From NCBI RefSeq assembly GCF_009914755.1, contig NC_060942.1: 64,000 bases of DNA; one strand, given 5' to 3'. A program made the translations under genes and the position numbers. Below the pieces are notes generated by a model. That model saw only the letters and a list, made by a program, of their open reading frames with translations. It was not told the DNA's origin and did no database searches. Position 1 is the first letter of the stretch. Each line of letters opens with the position of its first letter. This document shows positions 15,911 through 30,557 of the stretch, piece by piece. The DNA comes from the human T2T-CHM13v2.0 reference genome, Homo sapiens.

Positions 15911-18860
15911 ATGATTTCAGTAACTCTTACAGTGGAGGATAAGCCCGTCCCCTTAATTAATACAGAGGCTACCCACTCCACATTACCTTCTTTCCAAAGG
16001 CCTGTTTCCTTTGCCTCCATAACTGTTGTGGGTATTGATGGCCAGGCTTCTAAACCTCTTAAAACTCCCCAACTCTGGTGCCAACTTAGACAATACTCTT
16101 TTAAGCACTCCTTTTTAGTTATCCCCACCTACCCAGTTCCCTTATTAGGCCGAGACACTTTAACTAAATTATCTGCTTCCCTGACTATTCCTGGGCTACA
16201 GCCACATCTCATTGCCACCTTTTCCCCCAGTTCAAAGCCTCCTTCACATCCTCCCCTTGTATCTCCCCACCTTAACCCACAAGTATAAGACACCTCTACT
16301 CCCTCCTTGGTGATTGATCATGCACCCTTTACCATCCCATTAAAATCTAATCACCCTTACCCCACTCAATGCCAATATCCCATCCCACAGCATGCTTTAA
16401 AAGGATTCAAGTCTGTTATCATTGCCTGCTACAGCATGGCCTTTTAAAGCCTATAAACTCCCCTTATAATTCCCCCATTTACCTGTCCTAAAACCAGACA
16501 AGGCTTACAGGTTAGTTCAGGATCTGCACCTTATCAACCAAATTGTTTTGCCTATCCACCCTGTGGTGCCAAACCCATACTATCCTATCTTCAAGACCTC
16601 CCTCCACAACCCATTATTCTGTTCTGGATCTCAAACATGCTTTCTTTACTATTCCTTTGCACCCTTCATCCCAGCCTCTCTTCACTTTCACTTGGACTGA
16701 CCCTGACACCCATCAGGCTCAGCAAATAACCTGGGCTGTACTGCCACAAGTCTTCACAGAGAGCCCCCATTACTTCAGTCAAGCCCAAATTTCTTCCTCA
16801 TCTGTTACCTATCTCGGCATAATTCTCATAAAAACACACGTGTGCTCCCTGCTGATCATGTCCGACTGATCTCTCAAACCCCAACACCTTCTACAAAACA
16901 ACAACTCCTTTCCTTCCTAGGCATGGTTGCGTACTTTTGACTTTAGATACCTGGTTTTGCCATCCTAACAAAACCATTATATAAACTCACATAAAAGAAA
17001 CCTAGCTGACCCCACAGATCCTAAATCCTTTCCCCACTCCTCTTTCCATTCCTTGAAGACAGCTTTAGAGACTGCCCCCACCCTAGCTCTCCCTGACTCA
17101 CCCCAACCCTTTTCATTACACACAGCTGAAGTGCAGGGCTGTGCAGTCAGAATTCCTACACAAGAACTGGGACTGCACCTTGTAGCCTTTTTATCCAAAC
17201 AACTTGACCTTACTGTTTTAGCCTAGCCCTCAAGTCTGCGTATGGCGGCCACTGCTACCCTAAAACTTTTAGAGGCCCTTAAAATCACAAACTATGCTCA
17301 ACTCAATCTCTACAGTTCTCATAACTTCCAAAATCTATTTTCTTCCTCACACCTGACACATGTACTTTCTGCTCCCAGGCTCCTTCAACTATTCTCACTC
17401 TTTGTTGAGTCTCCCACAATTACCATTGTTCCTGGCCCAGACTTCAATCCAGCCTCCCACATTATTCCTGATACCACACCTGACCCCATGACTATATCTC
17501 TCTGAACCACCTGACATTCACTCCATTTCCCAATATTCTTTCCTGTTCCTCCCCCTGAACACACCTGGTTTATTGATGGCAGTTCCACCAGGCTTAATCA
17601 CCACTCACCAGCAAAGGCAGGCTATGCTATAGTATCTTCCACACCTATCATTGAGGCTACCACTCTGCCCCCCTCCACTACCTTTCAGCAAGCCAAACTA
17701 GTTGCCTTAACTCAGGCCCTCACTCTTGCAAAAGGACTATGCGTCAATATTTATACTGACTCTAAACATGCCTTCTATATTCTGCACCACCATGCTGTTA
17801 TATGGGCTGAAAGAGGTTTCCTCACTCCGCAAGGGTCCTCCATCATTAATGCCTCTTTAATAAAAACTCTGCTCAAGGCCGCTTTACTTCCAAAGGAAGC
17901 TGGAGTCATTCACTGCAAAGGCCATCAAAAGGCATCAGATCCCTTTGCTCTAGGCAATGCTTATGCTGATAAGGTGACTAGAGAAGCAGCTAGCATTCCA
18001 ACTTCTGTAACTCACGGCCAGTTTTTCTCCTTCACATCGGTCACTCCCACCTAGTCCCCCACTGAAACTTCCACCTATCAATCTCTTCCCACACAAGGCA
18101 AAATGGTTCTTAGACTAAGGAAAATATCTCCTTCCAGCCTCACAGGTCCATTCTACACTGTCATCATTTCATAACCTCTTCCATGTAGGTTACAAGCCGC
18201 TAACCCATCTCTTAGAACCTCTCATTTCCTTTCCATCGTGGAAATCTAACCTCAAGGAAATCACTTCTCAGTGTTCCATCTGCTATTCTACTACCCCTCA
18301 GGGATTGCTCAGGCCCCCTCCCTTTCCTACACATCAAGCTCGAGCACTTGCCCCCGCCCAGGACTGGCAAATTGACTTTACTCACATGTCTCGAGTCAGG
18401 AAACTAAAATAACCTCTTAGTTTGGGTAGACAATTTCACTGGATAGGTAGAGGCCTTTCCTACAGGGCCTGAGAAGGCCACCACAGTCATTTCTTCCCTT
18501 TTGTCAGACATAATTCCTCGGTTTTTAGCCTTCCCACCTCTATACAGTCCAATAGCAGACGGGCCTTTATTAGTCAAATCACCCAACAGTTTCTCAGGCT
18601 CTTAGTATTCAGTGAAACCTTCATACCCCTTACATTCCTCAATCTTCAGGAAAGGTAAAATGGACTAATGGTCTTTTAAAAACACACCTCACCAAGCTCA
18701 GCCACCAACTTAGAAAGGACTGGACAATACTTTCACCACTTGCCTTCTCAGAATTCAGGCCTGTCCTCAGAATGCTACAGGGTACAGCCCATTTAAGCTC
18801 CTGTATAGACGCTCCTTTTTATTAAGCCCCAGTCTTTCCAGACACCAGACCAACTTGGAC
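15911..18860 (+). pseudogene. pol: HERV-H pro-pol remnant with internal deletions
   Basis: LINTEATHS and PLLGRD (protease); VLDLKHAFFTIPL, WAVLPQ (RT, YxDD region deleted); WFIDGSS (RNase H); DWQIDFTHM (integrase). Confidence 0.88.
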
Positions 18861-19444
18861 TGCATCCCAAAAAACTTGTCATCCCTACTATCTTCTGTCT
18901 AGTCATACTCCTATTCACCATTCTCAACTACTCATAAATGCCCTGCCGTTGTTTACACTGCCTATTTACACTGTTTCTACAAGCCGTCACAGCTGATATC
19001 TCCTAGTGCTATCCCCAAACCATCACTCTTAACTCCCTCTTAAAGTAAATAATCTTTGCTGGCAGGGCTATGCTGAACCTCCTTAGGCATTCTCTAATTG
19101 GATGTCTTGGGTCCTCCCAATTCTTAGTACTTTAATACCTATTTTTCTCCTTGTCTTATTCCATTATTTTTTCAATTCATACAAAACCATATCCAGGCCA
19201 TCACCAATAATTCTATATGACAAATGCTCCTTCTAACAACCCCACAATATCACCCCTTACTAAAAAATCTTCCTTCAGCTTAATCTCTCCCATTCTGTGT
19301 TCCCACACTGCCCCTAATCCCACTTGAAGCAGCCCTGAGAAACATCACCCATTATCTCTCCATACCACCCTCAAAAATTTTTGCCGCCCCAACACTTTAA
19401 CACTACTTTGTTTTATTTTTCTTATTAACATAAGAAGATAGGAA

Positions 19445-19892
19445 TGTCAGGCCTCTGAGCCCAAGCTAAGCCATCATATCCCCTGTGGCCTGCACATATA
19501 CAGCCAGATGGCCTGAAGTAACTGTAGAATCACAAAAGAAGTGAAATTTAAATGGCCTGTTCCTGCCTTAACTGATGACATTCCACCACAAAAGAAGTGA
19601 AAATGGCTGGTCCTTGCCTTAACTGATGACATTACCTTGTGAAATTCCTTCTCCTGGCTCATCCTGGCTCAAAAAGCTCCCCCACTGAGCACCTTGTGAC
19701 CCCCACCGCTGCCCACTGGAGAATAACCCCCCTTCTTCCTTTACCAACCGAGATCTTATAAAATGGCCCCACCCCATCTCCCTTAGCTGACTCTCTTTTC
19801 GGACTCAGCCCACCTGCACCCAGGTGAAATAAACAGCCTTATTGCTCACACAAAGCCTGTTTGGTGATCTCTTCACACGGACAAGAGTGAAA
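19445..19892 (+). repeat. 3' LTR7
   Basis: Direct repeat of 13518-13966, preceded by purine tract aagaagataggaa. Confidence 0.95.
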
Positions 19893-19966
19893 CTGACCTC
19901 AGGTGATCTGCCCGCCTCGTCCTCCCAAAGTGCTGGGATTACAGGCATGAGCCACCACACCTGGCC

Positions 19967-20122
19967 CCAGCTTGAGATTTTTGAGATGGCTTTTAGAGAC
20001 TTGAGTCTGGCCATCTCCCAAGCCACGAGCACTTGAATAAACCTGCTTTCCTTTTGCCAATCCTCACTTCTCACATATCTGGCTTTTTGAGTGGTGAGCA
20101 GCTGAACCTGAGCTCAGTTACA
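19967..20122 (+). mobile_element. MER39-like LTR 3' end
   Basis: AATAAA then ...gagcagctgaacctgagctcagttaca terminus. Confidence 0.6.
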
Positions 20123-20436
20123 GAATAACACAATTGTTTTGAGATAATTATGCTTGGCTACAAGGATCAATAACAAGGGGTGGGGGCACCAGTCTGAGAT
20201 TGGGCAGGCAGTTGCTAGACGGATGTCCTTGCAGAAAATATATTTTGTGTAAGGTTGTGATGGCCTTTGTGCAAGGTTGTGGTTTTCGCATAGTCTTTTG
20301 TGATAGTTGGTAATAGGCCTTCAAGTATGAGAACCCTCTCTTCATGGCTTTCCCTGACTCTATTCATCAGGGTTTTGTTATTTTTATTTTTATTTTTAAC
20401 ACAAGTGACTCTATTTTAATTCTGACACCTTTCACA
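20123..20436 (-). mobile_element. ERV LTR 5' part, MER72-like
   Basis: Reverse strand starts tgtgaaaggtgtcagaattaaaatagagtcac; contains accacaaccttgcacaaaggccatc. Confidence 0.55.
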
Positions 20437-21668
20437 ATTGGCTCCTATGGACATACTATTGACTGATCAGACTGTGATGCTAGATATTGACTTATAGATG
20501 ATGGATAAGTTGTAAACGATTTCTGTCTATTGGTTATGAATTCTTACCCTGTGGGCATTAACTAGTTCTGTACCGAATTTAGCAATCTCATCACTGAATT
20601 ATTTCTTTCAATTGTGGCAGTATACGTGGATTTCATTGAAAATCATTTTATTGCTGAGGCAACAGACTTAGGCAGTGTTTTTCAACCAGTTTATGCAAAT
20701 ACTCAAACTAAGCTCTAATACTGGTCACTCCCAAGATGATCTGAGCATTCCACCTGCAGAAGACTTAAAACACTGTCAGACACCTGAGGATTTTCTAAAG
20801 CCCCACGGGTACTAATCTCAGCAAGGGCGGTAGGAACAGCTATTTGCATAACTCACACTTCCCAGGTTTAGAAACTTATTGATTTAAATATGCAAAAAAG
20901 CCTGGGGCAGGGACTGAGTAGGTGTGACCGACAGCCTGATGGCTCTGCTTAGCATCAATTAGCATTTCAAAAAGTGTCAAGTTGCTGGAAGACCTTTTTT
21001 TAATTGCTGCTAATGGGGGGTTCTAAAGGCAGCAAAGGAGCTATCTGGGTGCAAATCTCTTGCAAGAGAAAGGTATCCAAAAAGGGAATGTGGGAGGTGA
21101 GATGAGGGGTGGGGTGGGGCTTCAGCAATAAATATGAAAAGACACTTCATCATCAGATTTTGGAATCCTTAAAGCCTGATTTTCTACAGAACCTCTTGAA
21201 TTTTTTATTCACAGTGGATCCTCAGCGCCAGGGTTGGCCACTTGCCTTTAACATCCCTGTGGGTAATGCAGAGACTGCTCCAAACACTAAGAAAAAAAAG
21301 ATGGCTTTCTGTTGCCTGCTGTCATTTGATTGTACTCTTCTAAAGAAAATAGAGCCCATCAGCACAAAATCACTCCCTTCTCATTACTGAGGATATTTTC
21401 CGTTTGAGCAGTTGAGGGTAGGAGATGGCAGGAAGTTGAAAAGCTAATGTGACTTACCCAGTGTGGAAATAAACAAAAATTGCCTGGATGAGAGCAGTCA
21501 GAGGGAGTCAGCCACAGCCACCATCATGGTCTTGGGCAGAGACTCCAAGGCAGGCAGGGAGAGGGGACGCTTCGTAGTGGAAAATGGGAGGCTTCAGGTG
21601 GGCTCTGACTGAAGGCTGTTGGTGTAGGAAAGTGGAGGTGGGCTGACTAGAAGTGAGGACTTCCATAT

Positions 21669-22211
21669 TGTTGCCAGGTAGAACGAGGTCCAGCTGCTTG
21701 TTCTTGTGTTCCAATAATGAGATGCAGACAGACTGGGAAAGAAGGGAGTTTCTTATTGAGCTGTGTTATTTCTGCAACCAGTTACAGGGAGAAGGTGACA
21801 GTAACTCATCAGACCAACTCAAAGTTACAAGGTTTTTCTAGTGCTTATATACATTCAGTGCATCTACAAGCTGAAAGCCAAGGTGTTCCACTCTATCTAA
21901 TCTTTAACTAGGGTCCAGGATCTAGACAATTACTTCAGAGCCTTAGAAAGATGACTTAATCTAAAGTGTATCCGGGTACAAGGTATGCAAGAACGTCTCC
22001 ATTATTTTAATTAAACTCTAAGATCTGAGAAAGCCCAGGTGGTTTCTTAATGAACTTGTTTTTACATTCTAGCCATTGTACTAAGTTTAACTTATGTTAA
22101 ACTTAATTAATTAAGTTAACTTATGTTTAATTTGTACATTTACCAGAGCTACAGTAAGGTGCTGGTGAAGGCTGATTGCCCTGGTTGCTAATGGAGACCC
22201 GGCCTGCCACA
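21669..22211 (-). mobile_element. Solo ERVL-class LTR (LTR62/LTR32/LTR66-like) within an older LTR fragment (about 21500-22330)
   Basis: Reverse strand begins tgtggcaggccgggtctccattagcaacc and ends ...ggcaaca; no clear TSD. Confidence 0.5.
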
Positions 22212-22637
22212 CTGTGACTGCTTTGGTGTGCATATTTGGCTGTCTCTGCTTGGTACCAAATTGGGGAGGAGGCAGGGATAAAAAATATAGGGAAGCCACA
22301 GTCAGTGTCGAGTGCTGACCCTCCTGGGCTGGTTGCTGCAGAAGTTGCGGGTCAGAATTCCATTGTCTTATATGGTCTGGTCGTTGTCTGCTTGTATAGT
22401 CTGTCTCTCACCAGGTCACATTAATCATAAAAACCAAGAGGAAATGACTTGTTCTTAGATCATGGTAAGAGCCCCTACAAATCTGGAGCACAAATGGCAA
22501 CCAGTTTAGGAACACCTACTATTATGCCTGAAATAGCATTCAAGGGAGCCCTTGTCTCTTCTTCCCACTGTCACCAGGAAAGTGGGCTGCTTGGCCAGAT
22601 GCCAGCAGCAGTTAGATGAGCTAAGTTGCTGGGCTAG

Positions 22638-22998
22638 TGTAGTAGTCCGTTTTCACACTGCTGATAAAGACATACCCGAGACTGGGTAAATTATAAAGAA
22701 AAAGAGGTTTAATGGACTCACAGTTCCACATGGCTGAGGAGGTCTCATGATCATGGTAGAAGGCAAAAAGTACGTCTTACATGGCAGCAGGCAAGAGAGA
22801 GAATGAGAGCCAAGCAAAAGGGGTTTCCCCTTAAAAAACCATCAGATCTCATGAGACTTATTCATTACCATGAGAACAGTATGGGGGAAACTGCCCCCAT
22901 GATTCAATTGTCTCCCACCGAGTCCCTCCCACATGTGGGAATTATGGGAACTACAATTCAAGGTGAGATTTGGTCATGGACACAGCCACACCATATAA
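22638..22998 (-). mobile_element. THE1 (MaLR) solo LTR
   Basis: tgtagtagtccgttttcacactgctgataaagacatacccgagactggg...; TSD GCTAG at 22633-22637 and 22999-23003. Confidence 0.92.
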
Positions 22999-24497
22999 GC
23001 TAGGGTCCAAGGGTCTGAGGATGCTCAGCTGCTACAATGCCTATCCTGGGCTTCTTGATCAGTGAGCCTCCAGATGTTTCCTTTGGGAACTTCTTAATCA
23101 AACACCGCATTCAGTGGGGACATCCATGCTGTGGTCAGAGCCAGGAGTGGTCAAGATGCATGTGTGGTGGGTCATGGACTTGGGAAGGGCAGCCATAGGA
23201 CCTAAAAGCTCACCCCCTCAGGATAGCCTGCTGACCCACCCAACCCAGAGGCCCGGGGCCCAAAAGACTGGAGAGATAGCACAGGAAGAAAGTCTAGCAT
23301 GAAAGACTGATCAATCAACAAAAGGAATGAACCAAGGAGAGAAAGAAAACCAGAATGACTTGCCGTCACCACAGTTCACTAAGTCGGAACAGAATCTGTT
23401 TTGGACTGCAGCTCAAGCTTCTCACAACTACATGATAGAGGATGGAGGAACTGCCCTCAGCAATGGGTGGTCACAGTCACCCAGAGGGCCAGACCACCCA
23501 AAAGAGACCTCGAGTCCCTTCTCACTTTTTTCTCCAAACAGAGGAACCCTATTGTTACATTGTGGCTGTTTGGCAGAATGTCTTTTTCATTTACTTCTAT
23601 TCTTCCTCTCCTAGAGCTTTTGCAGGGGGCTCCCAGGCTAGAGAAGAAACAGGCGGCCAGTGGAGGCCCTTGCTGGAAACCCATCTTGGGTGATGTCTGT
23701 TTGCGCTTCAGCTTAAAATAACCTGGCCCTTGAGGCTAAATGGAAAGAACTTTGTGTTTAAAGTCAGGAGATCTGGGTGTCAGATGGCCCTGGCTAAGGC
23801 ATTTAAACTCTCACTGTTTATTTTAGAAACTGCCAAAATTAGGGATGCATCCCTGTTTGAGCCCGGTCATGCTCTCCTTCTTTTTATTGCAATGTGATAT
23901 AAAGCACGGGACTCCAAGAAACAGGCAACATACAAAAGGTTTCATTCTCTTATTCGCTTTGGAAGGCAAGTTGTATAAAGTCCGCACCTTATCTGGGTGT
24001 CCCTTTCTGCCTGAAAGTGGGATTCCACACCTGACTAAGTGCCCCAGAGCTGGCTTGGTTTACTTGTCTCTGGGGGCAAAAAACAGAGAGGGCTATGACT
24101 GAGACTGTATCTCTGCCACCTTTCCTGGGGGTAAGGGGTCCTGACCATTTTTATCTCTTTCTTCAGGGCAGAAACTCTGGGTTAAAAGTGACATGTAACC
24201 ACAGTGTTCTTCCTTCATAGGATACACAGGGATACAGACTTCCCCCTAATCCTGAGTAGGGATATTATTCAACAAACAAGCATGATTTTCAAACAAACAG
24301 GAAAAATTTACCAGAAATTTGCAAAATTGCAAGTACTTTTCCTTGTTGCAGATACACAGTACATGTCCTGGAAAGGAAAGTATTAATCCTCATATCCCTC
24401 ACTTTAAAAAAAGACAATCGTTCTATTCATCCTATCTGTTGCCAATGAGAAGGGAAAATCCTTGACTCCATAAAGGAAAATTTTCTCCCAAAGTCTC

Positions 24498-24999
<502 letters not shown>

Positions 25000-25091
25000 G
25001 ATTTTGGTATCAAGAGTGGTTCTAGAGGAATAGAATATTAAGGATGGAGTTCTTTCATTGGTTTTGGGGTTCCTAGAGTTGGCTGCTTAAT

Positions 25092-26768
25092 ATGATTAGA
25101 CTAAAAAATGCTGCTAAGGACTCTACTTCTAATAGTAAGGAGAACACTGATAGCCCTTGGCATGAACTGTTTAGAGAGTTATGTAAAATAAATGCATTTG
25201 ACACTTCTGATTCACTGGTTGTGAGAGGCAAGGAGTTTAGTGACTCTATACATAATACTTTTGACCATATATGGAGAACCAAGGAACATAATGAAGCTGG
25301 CTGGTTGTTCCTAAGTTTAATGGACAAATTGATGAAAGAAAATGATGAACTCAGGGATTCTGTCTCCTGGCTTCAGACGAAGATACTGAGCCTCAAATCT
25401 GCTAAGATTGTCCTGAGTGAGTCTTATCTCCTGTAGAGAAAGAGCTGAATGGGTGGAAAAACAGACACAAGCTCTTTTCATATGAGTGGCTGACCTGCAA
25501 TGAAAGATGCATGCACAACCTCACCAGGTGTCTACTGTTAAAGTGAGGGCATTGATTGGAAAAGAATGGGACCCTAAAACTTGGAATCGGAACATGTAGG
25601 AGGAGCCTTATGAAGCTGAGAACACTGAGTTTGTAAACTCTGATGAACCTTTCTTGCCAGAAGGAACAGCTTCCCCATCACCAGTAGTGGCAACATCCCC
25701 TCCCTCAACCATGCTGCCATCAGCCTTTCCACCTTTGTCTGAGGAGATAAACCCTGTGCTGCCTGAGGAAATAGTGATTGCCTCCTCTGGGGCAGCTGCC
25801 AGGCAAAATAATGTTGATTCTCCCCAGAAGCCACCCCCAACACTCTTGTTTGCTTCTAGATCTATAACTGGAATAAAGCCCCAGAGGGCCCCTAGAGGTG
25901 AGATTCAGAATGTGACCCATGAGGAGATGTGCTACACTAGAAAAGAACTGTTTGAGATCATAGGCATGGGAATGGATATTAAGGGTATGGGATAATGATG
26001 GAAGGAACGTAGAGTTGGATCAGGCTGAATTTATTAATTTGGGCCCACTAAGTAGGGACTCTGCATTTAACGTTGCAGCTCGGGGAGTTAAAAAAGGTTC
26101 TAATAGTTTATTTGCTTGGTTAGCTGAAATATGGGTTAAAAGGTGGCACACTGTGAGTGAGCTGGAAATGCCTGATCTCCCTTGGTTTAATATAGAGGAA
26201 GGGATCAAAAGGGTTAGGGAGATTGGAATGGTGGAGCGGATTAGTCATTTTAGACTTACTCATCCCAGTTGAGGCAGTCCAGAAGATATACCCTTGACCA
26301 ATGCCTTGTGAAATAGATTTGTGAGGGCAGCACCTGCATCTTTGAAGAGCCCTGTAATTGCTGTTGCATGTCAGATCTAACAGTGGGAACTGCAGTCACT
26401 CAACTATAAAATTTAAATACAATGGAAATAAGTGGATCACAAGGTGGCAGGGGCCAAGTGGCAGCACTCAACTGTCAAAGACAAGGAGGGTGTAGCTACA
26501 TAATGGACAGCAGAGACAAAGCAGCAATCAGAATAGTCTGACTTGTGTAGTGCTCTGGCATTGGCTAATTAATCACAGTGTTCCTAGAAGTGAAATTGAT
26601 AGGAAGCCTACTGCATTCCTGCTTAATTTATATAAGGAGAAAACTTCTAGGTCAGATGGACAAAAGACTAATTTTAATTATAAAAACAGAATAATGGACC
26701 CTGAATTTCCAGACTTGAGCAAGTTTACACAGAACCCCTTGAATGAAGAGGCGGCCAGGTCCCCTTGA
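25092..26768 (+). pseudogene. gag: HERV-L gag remnant
   Basis: MIRLKNAAKDSTSNSKENTDSPWHELF; DQAEFINLGPLSRDSAFNV; LWHWLINHSVPRSEID. Confidence 0.88.
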
Positions 26769-29739
26769 GGAAGGACCCCACTACACTACCCACAATTTAT
26801 GCTGTTACTCTTTCTCCCACCCTTCCCCAAGGAGTCCTCTGGCCTTTTACCAGGGTAAATGTGCATTGGGGAAAAGGAAATGATCAGACATTTCAGGGAA
26901 TAAGCTGAAGCTGACATTGATTCCAGGTGACCCAAAACATCACTGTGGTTCTCCAATTAAAGTAGGGGCTTATGGAGGTCAGGTAATTAATAGAGTTTCA
27001 GCTCAGGTCCAACTTACAGTGGGTCCAATGGGCTCCCAGACCCATCCTGTGGTCATTTCCCCAGTGCCAGAATGCATATTGGCATAGACATATTTAGCAG
27101 CTGGCAGAACCCCTGCATTGGCTCCCTGACTGATGGAGGAAAGGCCAAATGAAAGCCATTAGAGCTGCCTTTACCTAGAAAAATAGTAAATCAAAAAAAT
27201 ATCATATCCCTGGAGGGATTACAGAGATTAGTGCCACCATCAAGGACTTGAAAGATGCAGGGGTGGTGATTCCCACTACATCCCCCTCAGCTCTCCTATT
27301 TGGTCTGAGCAGAAGACAGATGGATCTTAGAGAATGGCAGTGGATTATCATAAGCTTAACCAAGTGGTGACTCTAATTGTGGCCACTGTACCAGATGTGG
27401 TTTCATGGCTTGAGCAAATTAACACATCTCCTGGTACCTGGTATGCAGCAATTGATTTGGCAAATGACTTTTTCTCCATTCCTGTCCATAAGATCCACCA
27501 GAAGCAATTTGCCTTCAGCTGGCAAGGCCAGCAATATACATTTACTATCCTACCTCAGGGGTATATCAATTCTCTGGCTTTGTGTCATAATCTTATTCAG
27601 AGAGACCTTGATTGCTTTTCACTTCCAGAAGATATCACACTGGTCAATTACATTGATGACATTATGCTGATTGGATCCAGTGAGCAAGAAGTAGGAAACA
27701 CACTGGACTTATTGGTGAGACATTTGCATGCCAGAGGATGGGAAAATAATCCAACTAAAATTCAAGGACCTTCTACCTCAGTAAAATTTCTAGGGATGTA
27801 GGGCCTGTGAATACATTTCTTCTAAGGTGAAGGATAAGTTGCTGCATTTGGCCCCTTCTATAACCAAGAAAGAGGCACAATGCCTAGTGGGCCTATTTAG
27901 ATTTTGGAGGCAACACATTCCTCATTTGGGTGTGTTACTCTGGCCCATTTATCAGGTGACCTGAAAGGCTGCCAGTTTTGAGTGGGGTCCAGAAGAGAAG
28001 AAGGCTCTGCAACAGGTCCAGGCTGCTGTGCAAGCTGCGCTGCCACTTGGGACATATGACCCAGCAGATCCAATGGTGCTTGAGGTGTCAGTGGCAGATA
28101 GGGATGCTCTTTGGAGCCTTTGGCCGGCCCCCATAAGTGAATCACAGCAGAGGCCTCTAGGGTGAAAGACCATGCTATCTTCTGCAGATAACTACTCTCC
28201 TTTTGAGAGACAGCTCTTGGCCTGTTACTGGGCTTTGGTGGAAACTGGACATTTGACTGTGGGTCATCAAGTCACCATGTGACCTGAACTGCCTATCATG
28301 AACTGGGTGCTTTGTGACACATCTAGCCATAAAGTGGGTTGTGCACTGCAGCATTCCATCATCAAATGGAAGTGGTATATATGTGATCGGGCTTGAGCAG
28401 GTCCTGAAGGCAAAAGTAAGTTACATGAGGAAGTGGCTTAAATGCCCATGGTCTCCACTCCTGCCACCCTGCCTTCTCTCTGCCAGCCTGCACTGATGGC
28501 CTCATGGGGAGTTCCCTATGATCAGTTGACAGAGGAAGAGAAGACTAGGTCCTCGTTCACAGATGGTTCTGCACAATATGCAGGAATCACCCAAAAGTGA
28601 ACAGCTGCAGCACTACAGCCCCTGTCTAGGACATCCCTGAAGGAGAGCGGTGAAGGAAAATCTTCCCAGTGGGCAGAACTTTGAGAAGTGTACCTGGTTG
28701 CAAACTTTGCATGGAAGGAGAAATGGCCAGATGAGTGATTATATACTGATTCATGAGCTGTAGCCAATGGTTTGGCTGGATGGTAAAGCACTTGGAAGAA
28801 GTATGATTGGAAAATTGATGACACAGAAATTTTAGGAAGAGGTATGTGGATGGACCTCTCTGAGTGGTAAAAAACTGTGAAGATATTTGTATGCCATGTG
28901 AGTGCTCACCAATGGGTGACCTCAGCGGAAGAGGAGTATAATAATCAAGTGGATAGGATGACCCGTTCTGTGGCGACCACTCAGCCTCTTTCCCCCGCCA
29001 CCGCTGTCATTGCCCAATGAGCCCATGAACAAAGTGGCCATGGTGGGAGGGATGGAGGTTATGCTTGGGCTCAGCAACATGGACTTCCACTCATCAAGGC
29101 TGAACTAGCTATGGCTACCACTGAGTGCCCAACTTGCCAGCAGCAGAGACCAACACTGAGCCCTCATTATGGCACCATTCCTCAGGGTAATCAGTCAGCT
29201 ACCTGGTGGCAGGTTTATTATATTGGACCTCTTCCATCATGGAAAGGGCAGAGGTTTGTCCTCACTGGAAGAGACACTTACTCCAGATATGGGTTTGCCT
29301 ATCTTGCATGCAATGCTTCTGCCAAGACTATCATCCATGGACTCACAGAATGTCTTATCCACCGTCATGGTATTCCAAACAGCATTGCCTCTGACCAAGA
29401 CACTCACTTTACAGCCAAAGAAGTGTCACAGTGGCCTCATGCTCATGGAATTCACTGGTCTTACCATGTTCCCCATAATCCTGAAGCATCTGGATTGATA
29501 GAATGGTGGAATGGTCTTTTGAAGTCACAATTACAATGCCAACTAGGTGACAATACTTTGCACGGCAGGGTAAAAGTTGTCCAGAAGGTTGTGTATGCTC
29601 TGAATCAGTGTCCAATATATGGTACGGTTTTTCCCATAGCCAGGATTCATAGGTCCAGGAATCAAGGGTTGGAAGTGGAAGTGGTACCACTCACCATTAC
29701 CTGTCATGATCCACTAGCAAAATTTTTGCTTCCTGTTCC
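26769..29739 (+). pseudogene. pol: HERV-L pol remnant (RT, RNase H, integrase)
   Basis: [31 protein letters not shown] (about 27649); FTDGS (about 28556); integrase ORF 29111-29830 with CPTC and SDQDTHF. Confidence 0.92.
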
Positions 29740-29990
29740 TGCGACATTACATTCTGCTGGCCTAGAGGTCTTAGTTCCAGAGGAAAGAACACTGCCACCA
29801 GGAGACACAACAACAATTCCATTAAACTGAAAGTTAAGATTGCCACCTGGCCACTTTGGGCTCCTCCTACCTTTAAGTCAACAGGCCTAAGAAGGGAGCT
29901 ACAGTGTTGGCTGGGGTGATTGACCTGAACTATCAAGATGAAATCAGTCTACTACTCCACAAAGAAGGTAAGAAAGAGTATGCATGAAAA
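29740..29990 (+). pseudogene. dut: HERV-L dUTPase remnant
   Basis: LPPGDTTTIPLN*KLRLPPGHFGLLLPLS...VLAGVIDLNYQDEI, the expected HERV-L position downstream of integrase. Confidence 0.82.
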
Positions 29991-30557
29991 ACAGGAAATC
30001 CATTAGGGCATCTCTTAGTATTGTGATTAAGGTCAATGAGAAACTACAACAGTCCAATCCAGGCAGGACTACAGATGATCCTGACCCCTCAGGAATGAAG
30101 GTTTGGGTCACTCCATTAGGAAAAAAAACCATGACCTGCTGAGGTGCTTGCTGGAGCCAAAGGGAATACAGAATGGGTAGTAGAAGAAGGTAGTCATCAA
30201 TACCAGCTATGACCATGTGACTAGCTGCAGAAACGAGGACTGTAATTGTCATGAGTATTTTCTTCTTCTTTTGTTAAAAACATGTTTGTTCATGTATACA
30301 CTTGTACTAAGAAAATATCTGAATTTTGTTTCCCTTTTCCTTTATCATGTGACATAAGATTTATTGACTTCACATCAGCATTTAAGTATTGTTAACTTTA
30401 TATAATAGTATTTGGGTTGGGGATTGGTGAGTTTCTGGTTGTACAAAGGATAGTTGTATTATGTTAGACATATTATGACCTTATTATTGTCTTTATTTAA
30501 AGATTATGTATGATCTCAGGAGATTGTGTATGGGTTCAAGTTGACAAGCAGTGGACT

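Noticed and set aside
23114-24386. Overlapping 60-106 aa ORFs in unique sequence
   Set aside because: No recognisable domain, coherent exon structure or CpG island; consistent with chance
29111-29830. 239-aa HERV-L integrase ORF as a domesticated gene
   Set aside because: Lacks the N-terminal HH of the HHCC motif, the first catalytic Asp appears substituted (QVYYIG), and flanking pol is full of stops; length is compatible with neutral decay
29740-29990. dUTPase in a provirus as a novelty
   Set aside because: Standard HERV-L feature
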